Assembly (NCBI GenBank): GCA_012719395.1
Contig: JAAYAL010000081.1
Span: 1 to 63,010, forward strand
Direction of reading: 5' to 3'
DNA: 63,010 bases
DNA from: Gaiellales bacterium
Lineage (GTDB): Bacteria; Actinomycetota; Thermoleophilia; RBG-16-64-13
Shown: piece after piece, positions 10,201 to 19,700 of the stretch
How the letters are laid out: each line of letters opens with the position of its first letter
Numbering within the stretch: the first letter of the stretch is position 1
The notes under the pieces: model-generated
Database searches by the model: none
Seen by the model: only the letters and a program-made list of their open reading frames with translations
Told to the model about the DNA's origin: nothing
Program-made: the position numbers and the translations under genes

Positions 10201-11714
10201 CGCGCATCCGCCTCCGGTCCTTGTTGGCCGCCGTGGAGGAAAGGACGGCTCGCGAGAAGCGTGAGGCAACCGTTGGGCGCAGCACGCCGCCAAGCGCCCG
10301 CAACGGCACTGCCCCGTCTTCATTGGTGCGTGCTCCTCGCTACACAAAACCCATGAAAGAGGCCGGGTGGACGGTTCTTTCCCCGCAGCTGGCGCCTCTG
10401 CACCTTGATCTCCTGACCGAGGCCTTTCGTCGCAGCGGCTACAATCTGCAGCTGCTGCCGGTGGCGGGGCCAAGCGCAGTGGAGGAAGGGCTACGGCACG
10501 TCAACAACGACGCCTGCTACCCGGCAGTCATTGCCATAGGCCAAGTCATGGAGGCTCTCGCCTCCGGCGGGCACGACCCTGACCGCACGGCTGTCATCCT
10601 CACCCAGACAGGAGGGGTATGCCGGGCGACCAACTACGTGGCCCTGTTGCGCAAAGCCCTCGCGGATTCCGGACTCGGCCACGTGCCCGTGATATCTCTC
10701 ACCGCCGCAAACACGGGTGAGACGTCTCCGGGCTTCTCCGTCACCTCACCCCTGTTGCTGAGAGGCCTTGCCGCCGTGGTGTACGCGGATACCCTTTCCC
10801 GGTGTCTCTACCGAACCAGACCGTACGAGGCCACTCCCGGATCGGCCGCCGCTCTGGTGGCCGACTGGAGTGAACGGGCCAAGCAGGCGCTGCGCGGCCG
10901 CTTGGATGTGAGCCGCTATGTCGAGGGATTGCGTTCCATGGTGGCGGACTTCGATACCTTGCCCCTCGTCGGCGGGCGACGACCGCGTGTGGGAATCGTG
11001 GGAGAGATCCTGGTGAAATACCACCCGGACGCCAACAACCACCTTGTTGAGCTCCTGGAGTCCGAGGGCTGTGAGGCCACGGTGGGAGACCTCATGAGCT
11101 TCCTGCTGTACAGCTCCAGCGGTGGGGCGGTGCGCCGGCACGAATTGCGCACTCCCTACCGCCACGCGCTGCTTGCGCGGGCGGGGATGGGAGGACTCAA
11201 CCTCCTGCGCCGCGCTGCCGTCACCGCCCTCGCCGCGAGCCGGCGCTTCGAACCGCCCAGCGACCTTGCCGCGGTCCGGGCGCTCGCCGCTGACGTGCTT
11301 TCCACCTGCAACGCCATGGGTGAGGGGTGGCTTCTCACGGGCGAGATCCGTGAATTCATCGCGCGTGGTGTCCCCAACATCGTGTGTGCACAGCCTTTTG
11401 GATGTCTGCCGAACCACGTGGTGGGGAAGGGCGTCCTCAAGGAGATCCGACGACTCCACCCGGAGGCGAACATCGTGGCCGTTGACTACGATGCCGGCGC
11501 CTCGGAGACGAACCAGCTCAATCGCCTGAAGCTCATGATCGCCACGGCCAGAGAGCGCCATCACGCACAACCCGGCGAAGTCGTCCCCACCCGCGCGCGT
11601 CCCACAGCGCTCTGTGCTCCGGGAGGCCTCCACGACGTCGGGGCGGCGGAGGCTTTCCCAGCCCGGCCTTCGCGCGAGTCCGCGACCACGCGCGCGGCCG
11701 ATGTCTTTGCGTGA
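7251..11714 (+). CDS. CoA-substrate-specific enzyme activase (fused double BadF/BadG/BcrA/BcrD-type ATPase + DUF2229/HgdB-like region), 1487 aa
   Basis: Two ASKHA ATPase starts (GLDIGSTTVKMVVL and YLGIDAGSTTFKLALV), HgdC-like activase motifs, and the C-terminal ...PFGCLPNHVVGKGVLKEIRRLHPEANIVAVDYDAG... typical of the DUF2229 activase partner region. GTG start overlaps the TetR stop by 11 nt; a start at 7263 is also possible. Confidence 0.75.
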   Translation: MVPEVGQGCAIGLDIGSTTVKMVVLDEGLRPMHHCYRRHHSDTRSAVQNLLCQAVTIVEDRPVRLRITGSGGLGLGKRLGLEFVQEVVAVRTAVRCLASDADVVIELGGEDAKIVYLSGSVEERMNGSCAGGTGAFLDQMASLLRTDAAGLDALAADATTIYPIAARCGVFAKTDVQPLLNQGARREDVAASILQSVVTQTISGLACGRPIRGNVVFLGGPLNYLPQLRKRFVATLGQDLTSAVCPANAHLVVATGAALCAREGTPDSLARVLEELSALDAGITSKGILQPLFASAEEFAGFSDRHGSSIVPRRDLDTFSGPAYLGIDAGSTTFKLALVGSEGELLYSCYGANRGDIIASATRALRELYRRLPSTATIASSVVTGYGEGLLHTALRVDRGEIETIAHARAARELALDVDFILDIGGQDMKCLHITDGVIDRIMLNEACSSGCGSFIETFADSLGLSLSRFVFHALFAENPVDLGSRCTVFMNSRVRQAQKEGASVADIAAGLCYAVVKNALYKVIRIRDLSELGARVVVQGGTFANDAILRAFERLTGREVLRPDIAGLMGAWGAALLARDHAGPDATSSLLSVDEIDRLTLEQHTSRCRGCSNACLLTISRFDGNRSYTSGNRCERGGAGGTEGKAAATASAAAALNAPNLPRYKYHRIFDYEPLPLKEAPRGTVGIPRALNMHENYPFWFTFFSRLGFRVILSSRTTGRTYQTGIDSIPSESVCYPAKLAHGHVEDLIARGVKRIFMPCVRWERSEDAEASNHFNCPIVMSYPEVLKLNIERLANEGIDFRNPFLPYHDKRALVHRLHEVVADWGPTRAEIKKAVEAAWAEDRRFKQDIRDQGRAALEWMERTGGRGIVLAGRPYHLDPEIGHGIPQMIERLGLAVLTEDSVAWMAKPPRPLRVHDQWMYHTRLYAAATAVTAREDLELVQLNSFGCGLDALTVDQVGEILAAAGRIHTVLKIDEISNMGAARIRLRSLLAAVEERTAREKREATVGRSTPPSARNGTAPSSLVRAPRYTKPMKEAGWTVLSPQLAPLHLDLLTEAFRRSGYNLQLLPVAGPSAVEEGLRHVNNDACYPAVIAIGQVMEALASGGHDPDRTAVILTQTGGVCRATNYVALLRKALADSGLGHVPVISLTAANTGETSPGFSVTSPLLLRGLAAVVYADTLSRCLYRTRPYEATPGSAAALVADWSERAKQALRGRLDVSRYVEGLRSMVADFDTLPLVGGRRPRVGIVGEILVKYHPDANNHLVELLESEGCEATVGDLMSFLLYSSSGGAVRRHELRTPYRHALLARAGMGGLNLLRRAAVTALAASRRFEPPSDLAAVRALAADVLSTCNAMGEGWLLTGEIREFIARGVPNIVCAQPFGCLPNHVVGKGVLKEIRRLHPEANIVAVDYDAGASETNQLNRLKLMIATARERHHAQPGEVVPTRARPTALCAPGGLHDVGAAEAFPARPSRESATTRAADVFA

Positions 11715-11859
11715 CCGGGAACAGCTGTGACTCCGGCCGGGCCGGTCGTTCAAGCCGCCCGCGTTGCCTACTTGGCCGGCCACGTGAGCTGCGGAGTGTA
11801 GGCGAGAGGCGGTAGAATGACGGCGCCATTCTTCCCTCCACCCCCCTAGGGAGGCGACC

Positions 11860-14646
11860 GTGACCGACTGGTTTCGCTCCTCTGCCGATGAAGCCCTCCG
11901 CCGGACGGCGAGCGCCTCCACCGGCCTGACCGGCGGGGAGGCCGGGCGTCGCCTGGCGGAGCACGGTCCAAATCAACTGGCTGAGACGGCCGCCAAGAGT
12001 CCTTGGCGCATACTGCTGGAGCAGTTCACCTCGCTGCTCATCGTAATCCTCATCATTGCCGCCATCCTCTCCGCCTTCCTGGGCGACTACGAAGACGCCA
12101 TCGTCATCCTGGCCATTGTCATCCTGAACGGTGTGCTGGGCTTTCGCCAGGAGTACAGCGCGGAGAGGACCATGCTGGCCCTGCGCAGATTGGCCGCCCC
12201 CAACGTCAGGGTGCGGCGGGACAACGCGGTGGTGGAGGTGCCTGCGCCGGATCTGGTGGTGGGCGACATTGTCCTTGTGGAAGCGGGCAATATGGTGCCG
12301 GCGGATTGTCGTCTCATCGAGTCTTCCAGCCTGCGGGTGCAGGAATCGGCGCTGACGGGCGAGTCTGAGGCAGTGGAGAAGATGGCGTCTCCCATAGAGG
12401 AGCCGGAAGTAGCCTTGGCGGATCGTCTCAACATGCTCTTCATGGGCACCGCTGCCACGTACGGGCGCGGTGAAGGCGTGGTGGTGGCCACGGGCATGGA
12501 AACCGAGTTGGGCAAGATCGCCGGCATGATTCAAGGCGTGCGCAATGAGGCCACTCCACTGCAGAGGCGTCTGGGTCAGCTGGGGCGCTGGTTGGCGCTG
12601 GCGGCGCTGTTGTTGGTGGCCGTCATCTTCTTGCAGGGCCTGCTGCGCGGCCAGGACGCGCGCGTGATGTTCATGACGGCGGTGAGCATGGCAGTGGCGG
12701 CCGTGCCGGAGGGGCTGCCTGCCATCGTGACCGTGGCGCTGTCTCTGGGGGCGCAGCGCATGCTCAAACGCCGGGCGCTTATTCGCCGCCTTCCCGCGGT
12801 GGAGACGTTGGGCTCCGTCACCGTGATCTGCTCGGACAAGACGGGGACTCTCACCGAGAATCGCATGACCGTGGCCATCGTGACCGTGGCCGGTCATGAG
12901 GTGGATCTCATCGAGGAGATCAAGCATGGGCGCCCGGCACCGCTGGCCGCCATGGAGGCCGGGCATGCGGCGGAGTTGCTGCAGGACAAGCCCTCGCTGG
13001 CGCTGCTGTCGGCTGCGGGCGCGCTGTGCAACGACTCCATCCTTCAGACCGCCAGCGTGGGCGAGACCAGCGCCGACGCCTCCGAGCAGCTCCGGGCCCT
13101 GGGAGACCCCACGGAGAGCGCCCTGGTAATCGCCGCTGCCAAGTTGGGCATCATCAAGCACCATCTGGAGGCGTCCTTCCCCCGCGTGGGAGAGATTCCC
13201 TTCGAGTCGGAGCGGAAGCTGATGACCACCGTTCACGCCAAGCCGGCCGGCACGGTGTTCGCTCTGGAGGAGTTGGAGGACTTCCTCACGGCCGAGGGGG
13301 CGCAGCACGTTGCCTTCACCAAGGGGGCGCTGGAATCCATGCTTCCCCTTGCTGCCGGCGTCTGGGATGGGGAACGTGTGGTGCACATCGATGAAGCCAT
13401 GCGCGGGCGCATCCATGCCGCCAACGCCGACCTGGCGCTGCGCGGCATGCGCGTGCTGGCCGTTGGCTTCAAGCCGCTGCGTTCGGGCGAGCACGACGAC
13501 CCCTCCAGGTGGGAGCGGGACATTCTCCTGATCGGGCTGATCGGCATGATAGATCCTGCCCGGCCGGAAGCGCGCGAGGCGGTACTCACCGCTCTGTCTG
13601 CCGGCATCCGCCCGGCCATGATCACTGGGGACCAACCACTCACCGCGGCCAGCATCGCCGCTCAGGTGGGCATCGTGCCTCAGGAGGCGGCCCAAGCCGG
13701 GGAGGTCCGCGTGCTGACCGGGCTCGAGCTTGAGGCCATGTCCATCGAGGAGTTGGAGGCGGTGGTGGAGGATGTGCCGGTCTACGCTCGCGTGGCGCCG
13801 GAGCAGAAGCTCAAGATCGTCCAGGCGCTCCAAGATCGCGGGCACATCGTGGCCATGACCGGTGATGGTGTGAATGATGCCCCTGCCCTGCAGAAGGCCA
13901 ACATAGGGGTGGCCATGGGCATCACCGGCACGGACGTGGCCAAGGAGGCCGCCGACATGGTGCTCATGGACGACAATTTCGCCACCATAGTGGCTGCTGT
14001 CAAAGAGGGCCGCGCCATCTACGACAACATCCGCAAGTTCATCAAGTACCTCATGGCCACCAATGTGGCCGAGTTGGCAGTGATGCTGGTCTCTCCCTTC
14101 TTGGGTATGCCGCTGGCCCTGCTGCCGTTGCAGATCCTGTGGATGAACCTGGTCACCGATGGCCTGCCCGGGTTGGCCCTGGGGTTCGAGCCACCGGAGA
14201 AGGACGTGATGAAGCGACGGCCGCACCCGCCCAACGAGAGCATCTTCGCGCGGGGCCTGGGCTCTCACATCCTGTGGGCCGGCCCCTTCATGGGCATGGT
14301 GGCGCTCATCGTCGGCTGGTTCTACTGGCGCGCGGGCGACGAGGACTGGCAGACCATGCTCTTCACCGTGCTCACCCTGGAGCAGATGTTCCACGTGATG
14401 GCCATCCGCTTGGACCGGGAGTCGCTGTTCGTGGAGGGGCCGCTTTCCAACCGGCTTCTCTTCGGCGCGGTGATCCTCACCTTGGCACTGCAGTTCGCGC
14501 TCATCTATGTGCCCTTCTTACAGAACATCTTTGGTACCCGGCCCCTGTCGCTTTCGCACATCCTCATCGCCTTTGCCCTGGCCACCATGATCTTCTGGGT
14601 CATCGAGATACAGAAATGGGTGGAAAGGCGTCGGGATAGGGTGTGA
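11860..14646 (+). CDS. cation-transporting P-type ATPase (P2-type, Ca2+/Mg2+-like)
   Basis: DKTGTLT phosphorylation motif, TGES-like actuator motif (LTGESEAV), [10 protein letters not shown] hinge, and 10 predicted TM helices. GTG start with AGGGAGG RBS at 11845-11851. The 953-aa minus-strand ORF across it is a shadow ORF. Confidence 0.85.
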   Translation: MTDWFRSSADEALRRTASASTGLTGGEAGRRLAEHGPNQLAETAAKSPWRILLEQFTSLLIVILIIAAILSAFLGDYEDAIVILAIVILNGVLGFRQEYSAERTMLALRRLAAPNVRVRRDNAVVEVPAPDLVVGDIVLVEAGNMVPADCRLIESSSLRVQESALTGESEAVEKMASPIEEPEVALADRLNMLFMGTAATYGRGEGVVVATGMETELGKIAGMIQGVRNEATPLQRRLGQLGRWLALAALLLVAVIFLQGLLRGQDARVMFMTAVSMAVAAVPEGLPAIVTVALSLGAQRMLKRRALIRRLPAVETLGSVTVICSDKTGTLTENRMTVAIVTVAGHEVDLIEEIKHGRPAPLAAMEAGHAAELLQDKPSLALLSAAGALCNDSILQTASVGETSADASEQLRALGDPTESALVIAAAKLGIIKHHLEASFPRVGEIPFESERKLMTTVHAKPAGTVFALEELEDFLTAEGAQHVAFTKGALESMLPLAAGVWDGERVVHIDEAMRGRIHAANADLALRGMRVLAVGFKPLRSGEHDDPSRWERDILLIGLIGMIDPARPEAREAVLTALSAGIRPAMITGDQPLTAASIAAQVGIVPQEAAQAGEVRVLTGLELEAMSIEELEAVVEDVPVYARVAPEQKLKIVQALQDRGHIVAMTGDGVNDAPALQKANIGVAMGITGTDVAKEAADMVLMDDNFATIVAAVKEGRAIYDNIRKFIKYLMATNVAELAVMLVSPFLGMPLALLPLQILWMNLVTDGLPGLALGFEPPEKDVMKRRPHPPNESIFARGLGSHILWAGPFMGMVALIVGWFYWRAGDEDWQTMLFTVLTLEQMFHVMAIRLDRESLFVEGPLSNRLLFGAVILTLALQFALIYVPFLQNIFGTRPLSLSHILIAFALATMIFWVIEIQKWVERRRDRV

Positions 14647-14686
14647 GTAGCGGGGCGCGGCCGTCAGCGGGCGGGTGGCGTGAGCG

Positions 14687-15550
14687 GTGAACCTGATCCA
14701 ACGTGTCCTGGATACTCTCACCGGGTTCCTTGACAAGGTGCTGCGGGCTCGCCTGCTGAGTGACGCCTCCCCCGTCTCTCGCTCTCCGGTGACCTTGAAC
14801 GGAGCCAGTTCCTTTCACCTGCTGTGGCAGATGGAGTCGGAACCCTTGGAGGAGGTCTCGGCCGTGCTGGAGGTGCTCACGCCGCCGCGGGTCGACGCGC
14901 TCTACTTCTGGGCACTGCAGGTGGAGTTCGCGGAGGGGGAGAGGGGCAGAGGGGGAGCGCACGTGGGCCTGCAGTGGCATCCGCGCTTCCCGGGTTCAAC
15001 CGCCGTCAACTGGGGCGGCTACGCGCCGGCGGAAGAGGGCGGAGGTGTGCTTGCCGGTTCCGCCTCCGCTCTCCCGGGATTCGAGGACGAGCCGAACACT
15101 CTCTCCTATGATTGGGTTCCGCAGCGGTCCTACCGCCTGCGTGTCTTCCGTGCCCCGGGCTCTTGGGGCTGGCGGGCGGAGGTCGCTGATCTCACCACGG
15201 GCAGGGTAGACGCCATCCGCGATCTCTACGTGAATGCCACATTCCTGCGTGCACCGGTGGTGTGGGCTGAGGTCTTCGCCCCCTGCGACGCGCCGTCTGT
15301 ATCCGTTCGCTGGAGCGGTTTCCAGGCCCGCAATGCCTTGGGCCTCACGGTGCACCCTCGCGCGGTGGTGGTCAACTACCAGAGCGCGCGACAGGGTGGC
15401 TGCACCAACACCAACGTGACGCGGGACGGCGACGGTTTTGTTCAGGTCACCAACACAGAGAGAATCGCCCCTTTGGGCACGCGTTACGATGTCTCTCCGG
15501 TTGGTGCCACAGGGCAGGTAGGCCCATGTACCGGCAACGCCGGGCTATAG
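14687..15550 (+). CDS. hypothetical protein (no recognisable domain)
   Basis: 287-aa ORF in coding-like GC3 context with a GTG start after an in-frame TGA. No signal peptide and no family recognised. Converges on, and overlaps by 6 nt, the opine dehydrogenase gene. Confidence 0.4.
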   Translation: MNLIQRVLDTLTGFLDKVLRARLLSDASPVSRSPVTLNGASSFHLLWQMESEPLEEVSAVLEVLTPPRVDALYFWALQVEFAEGERGRGGAHVGLQWHPRFPGSTAVNWGGYAPAEEGGGVLAGSASALPGFEDEPNTLSYDWVPQRSYRLRVFRAPGSWGWRAEVADLTTGRVDAIRDLYVNATFLRAPVVWAEVFAPCDAPSVSVRWSGFQARNALGLTVHPRAVVVNYQSARQGGCTNTNVTRDGDGFVQVTNTERIAPLGTRYDVSPVGATGQVGPCTGNAGL

Positions 15551-16672
15551 GCCCACTGTCAGGAGGCTCCTCAACGCTGCCCTGGTCATCCCGGCCAGCC
15601 CCAAGGCCTCCAGCGTCCGCGGCGAACGCGAGAGATCCTCATGCAGCAGGCTGCCGAACAACACCAGTAGCGACTGCATGATGGGGGTGGGAGTCCCGCT
15701 CCACCGCCCTACCGAGGCCTGGAGCGCGAGGTTGAGCCGGACATCCTCCAGTACGTAGCGGTGCTGGAGCGTCAACTTCTCTCTCCATCTCTCCCCCTCG
15801 ACCAATTCTCTGTGACCGGCGTCACCGTACATCCAGTGTCTGTCGGGGCCGGGAGCATAGTGGTCGGCAAACGGGTAGTGAGGAGGCGCGTAGCCAAGCG
15901 CCCGCCGCAGCACCACGCGCTCGGCGTCATGCTCCAACACCAGCCGTTTGACCGAAGGAGACGATCCTTCATTGTGGATATCCCAGGAAGGTTGGCTTTC
16001 GATAGGACCCACATTCATGAGCACGAGAACGGAGTGGATGATTGGCCCCACGTTGAGAAGGGCCACGGACAGCGCGTCTTCCACGCCGTGTGCCTCCGGA
16101 TACAGGGCGCTCAGAGTTGTCACGACTTCCGCCGTGCGCCGGGCGGGAAATGCTCCGATCGGCAGTCTCACGGTGCGGCCGCTGAGGAAGACGGCCGGCA
16201 CCTCCCCCTCGGCGGCAACGACGGACTTGCGGGCCAAGTATGGGAGCGTGCCGGGCTCTGCACAGACAATGTCCGCGCCGCAGCCGGCCGTTCGGCAGGC
16301 CCTCGTGAACGCGTACCCCCCGAGCGATCCGGGTGACAGCAGCACCACCTGTCCGTCCTCCAGCCAGGGAGCCAGCAGGCGGGCCCGCGACTCCTGTGTG
16401 AAGGCCGGATCCATGGCGATGACCACATCGGCCGAGGGAATGACCTGGTCGATGCGGGAACTCACGCATGCCGGTCTGGCCATCATGCCCTTGCCCAGCC
16501 CGTCTATGCGAATGGCGCGTGTGGAGAACAGGGCGGCGTGCCTCCCCTGGTCACCCGGCCACATGCTGACCTCATGGCCCTCGGCCGCGAGATGAGCAGC
16601 CGCTGCATAGGAGCCGTTGCCCCCGCCCACCACTGCCACCTTCAGCCCCACGCCACCCTCCTGTTTCGACAC
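15545..16672 (-). CDS. NAD(P)-dependent opine (octopine/nopaline) dehydrogenase family oxidoreductase
   Basis: N-terminal Rossmann fold LKVAVVGGGNGSYAAAAHLAAEGHEV is typical of the opine dehydrogenase family. Length 375 aa. Confidence 0.6.
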   Translation of the reverse strand: MSKQEGGVGLKVAVVGGGNGSYAAAAHLAAEGHEVSMWPGDQGRHAALFSTRAIRIDGLGKGMMARPACVSSRIDQVIPSADVVIAMDPAFTQESRARLLAPWLEDGQVVLLSPGSLGGYAFTRACRTAGCGADIVCAEPGTLPYLARKSVVAAEGEVPAVFLSGRTVRLPIGAFPARRTAEVVTTLSALYPEAHGVEDALSVALLNVGPIIHSVLVLMNVGPIESQPSWDIHNEGSSPSVKRLVLEHDAERVVLRRALGYAPPHYPFADHYAPGPDRHWMYGDAGHRELVEGERWREKLTLQHRYVLEDVRLNLALQASVGRWSGTPTPIMQSLLVLFGSLLHEDLSRSPRTLEALGLAGMTRAALRSLLTVGL

Positions 16673-16722
16673 CGGCCCACCCGCCGGGGGTCGGCCGCAG
16701 CCCCGATGCCCCTTCTTTCGGA

Positions 16723-19700
16723 TTGCAGATAGAATTGAACCACGTCATGGGTCCCCAGCAGAAGACAGTCGCCGGCCGAATCATGCCGCACCTCTCCGTA
16801 CGCGAGCGTCAGTGCAGTGACGGGAGTTGGGCGGTGAGTGCTCGCGGTCTTCTCGCCATGATCGTGGCGGGCTGCATCCTGATGGTGGCGACCGGATGCG
16901 GCGGAACGCCGCTTTCCGCGGATGTGGATGGCCATATGGTGACGCTCCCTCGTGTCATGAGAGCGGGAGAGACCACCCGGGTAGGTTTCACGCTTTTCGC
17001 CGGAGAGGAATTGGGGCAGGGCCAGGTTCAGGTTTCGCTGCGTGCTGCCGGTCAGTCGCTGGCCAAGGCGGAGGGCGGCATTGCCGGCACGGGCACGTTG
17101 GCCTTGGATGTACCGCAGGTCCCGGCGGGCGAGTACCAGGTGGAAGTGGCAGGCCCGGGCTTCAAGGAAGCTGCCTTCGTGGAGATAGAGCCGAGGATGC
17201 TCGTGCTCATTGAAACGGACAAGCCCGTCTACCGGCCCGGACAGACGGTTCTCATGCGCGTGGTAACGCTGGATTCCTCGCTCAAGGCGGCTCCGGTGGA
17301 AGTCGAAGTGGAGGCCTTGGACGCTCTGGGCAACCGCGTGTTCAGGAAGACCGTAGTGTCGGATGAGTTCGGCATGACCTCCCTGGAGATCCCTCTCTCC
17401 AGCGAGCCCAGCCTGGGGGTGTGGCAGCTCACGGCCTCCGCCGGAGAGAGCAGCACGCGGTTGGATGTGCAGGTGGAGGAATACGTGTGCCCCAAGTACG
17501 AGGTGAAGGTGGTGCCCTCTCGGGACTGGTTCCTCTCCAACGAGCCCCTCGAGGGTACGGTCTCAGCCACCTACGCCTACGGCCGGCCGGTGGAGGGACG
17601 ACTGGAGATCAGAGCCTGGCGCTACGTGGGTGCGTGGGAGGAATACGCGTCATACTCGGGGCCGGTTGACGGAGAGGGCTCATTCCGGGTTGATCCTGTG
17701 CGCGACGTGGCGGAAGCTCCGCGCACGGATGGTCTGGGCAACGTGCGCTTGGAAGTGAAGGTGGTCGAGGAGGCCACCGGTGACGAGCAGACCGTCACCG
17801 AGTTTCTCACCGCAGCCGCCGACCCTGTCCAGATGAGTATCGTCACCGAGAACATGGCCTTCAAGCCAGGCCTGCCCTTCAGCATCCTTTTGGTCACCAA
17901 GACGCCCGCAGGGGAGGCGGTCGAGTCGGCCGTTGTGGTGGAGACGGTCTACTACGCTGAGGACGAGAGCAGGGTGGGCATGGAACGGCAGCAGGTTGAG
18001 ACCGGAGGCGGCTCAGCCTTGGTGCGGTTGGCGCCGCCCGTCCGGGCGGCACGTATGGAGGTCACAGCATCAACGGGCTCGGTGGTGGCCGGCAAGGCGC
18101 TGACCGCGGCCTACTCTCCTTTGGGGAGCTTTGTGCACGTGGAGCAGTTCGGCTCGCCGTCGCTGCATATCGGCGACGCCGCTGTCTTCAGTGTCTATAG
18201 CACCAGCGAGGCCCACACTCTTCACTATGAGGTTGTGTCGCGTGATCGCATCGTGCTCACGGACAGCTCGTCCGGCGACATCCAGTTCCGCATCACCCCG
18301 GCCATGGCAGGGGCGTGTCGGCTGCTCGTCTACCATGTGCTGCCTTCGGGTGAGGTCGTGGCAGACGGCCTTCCCTTCACGGTCGAGGGTGAGTACCCGC
18401 AGAATGTCACCATTGATCTGGGCGCCGAGGAGGCACAGCCCGGCGCGGCTGTGCAGCTCCGGCTGCGCACGCAAGGCGAGGCCAGAGTTGGGCTGACCGG
18501 CGTGGATCACTCCGTGTTCGTCCTGTCGGAAAGTCGCCTGAACCTGCAGCAGGTCTTTGCCGAGCTGGGACGCCTCTCTCCGCAGCCTCAGGTGGAACAG
18601 CAGGAGGTGGATGGCGTCGGTCCCTTGCTGGTCCCCGGCGCCATGGACGCTTTCGCGGGAGCAGGACTGCTGGTGCTTTCGGACAAGGACATCCCTGGGG
18701 GCAAGACCGTCGAGCAACACGGGATCGTCTCCGCAGATGGGGAAGAGGGACCGGTGGCGGGAGGGGACGGCACACCCGCCGATAGCGAGGGGGGAAGGCA
18801 GGCCGGAGGTCTGGCACACGTTCCGCAGGCCCAGCAGTCCTTCCCTGAGACTTGGTTGTGGGAAGAGGTCACCACGGGAAAGGACGGCAAGGCGTCACTG
18901 TCTCTCGAAGTCCCTGATTCCATCACCACTTGGGATGTTCGCGCAGTGGCCGTGTCTGCCGAGAAGGGCCTGGGCATAGCCGAAACCTCGCTCCGTGCCT
19001 TCCAGCCCTTCTCCCTGACCGTGGATCTCTCTCCGTCTGCAATTCGCGGGGAACAGCTCCCTGTCAGGGTTGCTGTCTACAACTACACGGATGCTCCCCA
19101 GGAATTCACGGTGGAGATTGACGCGTCTCCCTGGTTCGATCTGTTGAGTGGTTACCGGCAGACGGTGTTGGTGGCGGCCAATGATGCGGGCGCCGCCGAG
19201 TTTGTGCTTCGGCCGGCGGTGCCGGGCACGCAGGTGGTGAAGGTGACGGCGCGCAGCGGTCGGATGACGCGTGCGGTGAATAAGAGCATTGCCGTGGAAG
19301 CTGGGGGGGTAGAGCAAGAACTCGTGGCAAACGCGGTGGTGGAAGCCGGCTCCTCGATGGCGCTGGATCTGAGCACTCCGGCCACCGGGGTGGTGCCGGA
19401 TTCGGGCACGGCTCACCTGACCCTGGCCGGCGGCTTACTGGCACCGTCCCTCGCGGGGCTGGATCAGCTGCTGCGGATGCCCTTGGGGTGCGGCGAGCAG
19501 AGCATGGTTCACTTCGCCTCCGCCACCTACATCCTTCGCTACATGAAGCAGGCGGGTGTGGTTGAGCCGGAGGTCCAGGCGAAGGCGGAGCGTCTGCTCC
19601 TCACCGGGTATCAGCGCGGACTGACCTTTCGGCGTGCGGATGGGAGCTTTTCGCCTTTCGGGGAAAGCGATGAGGAGGGCAGCCTCTTCCTGACGGCCTT

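Noticed and set aside
10746-11921. 391-aa minus-strand ORF over the 3' end of the activase gene and the ATPase promoter
   Set aside because: Shadow ORF with an Arg/Gly-rich nonsense composition. The opposite strand is clearly coding.
11533-14394. 953-aa minus-strand ORF spanning the whole P-type ATPase gene
   Set aside because: Low-complexity Arg/Gly/His-rich translation with no motifs. It is a typical antisense shadow ORF in high-GC DNA; the plus-strand ATPase has all canonical motifs.
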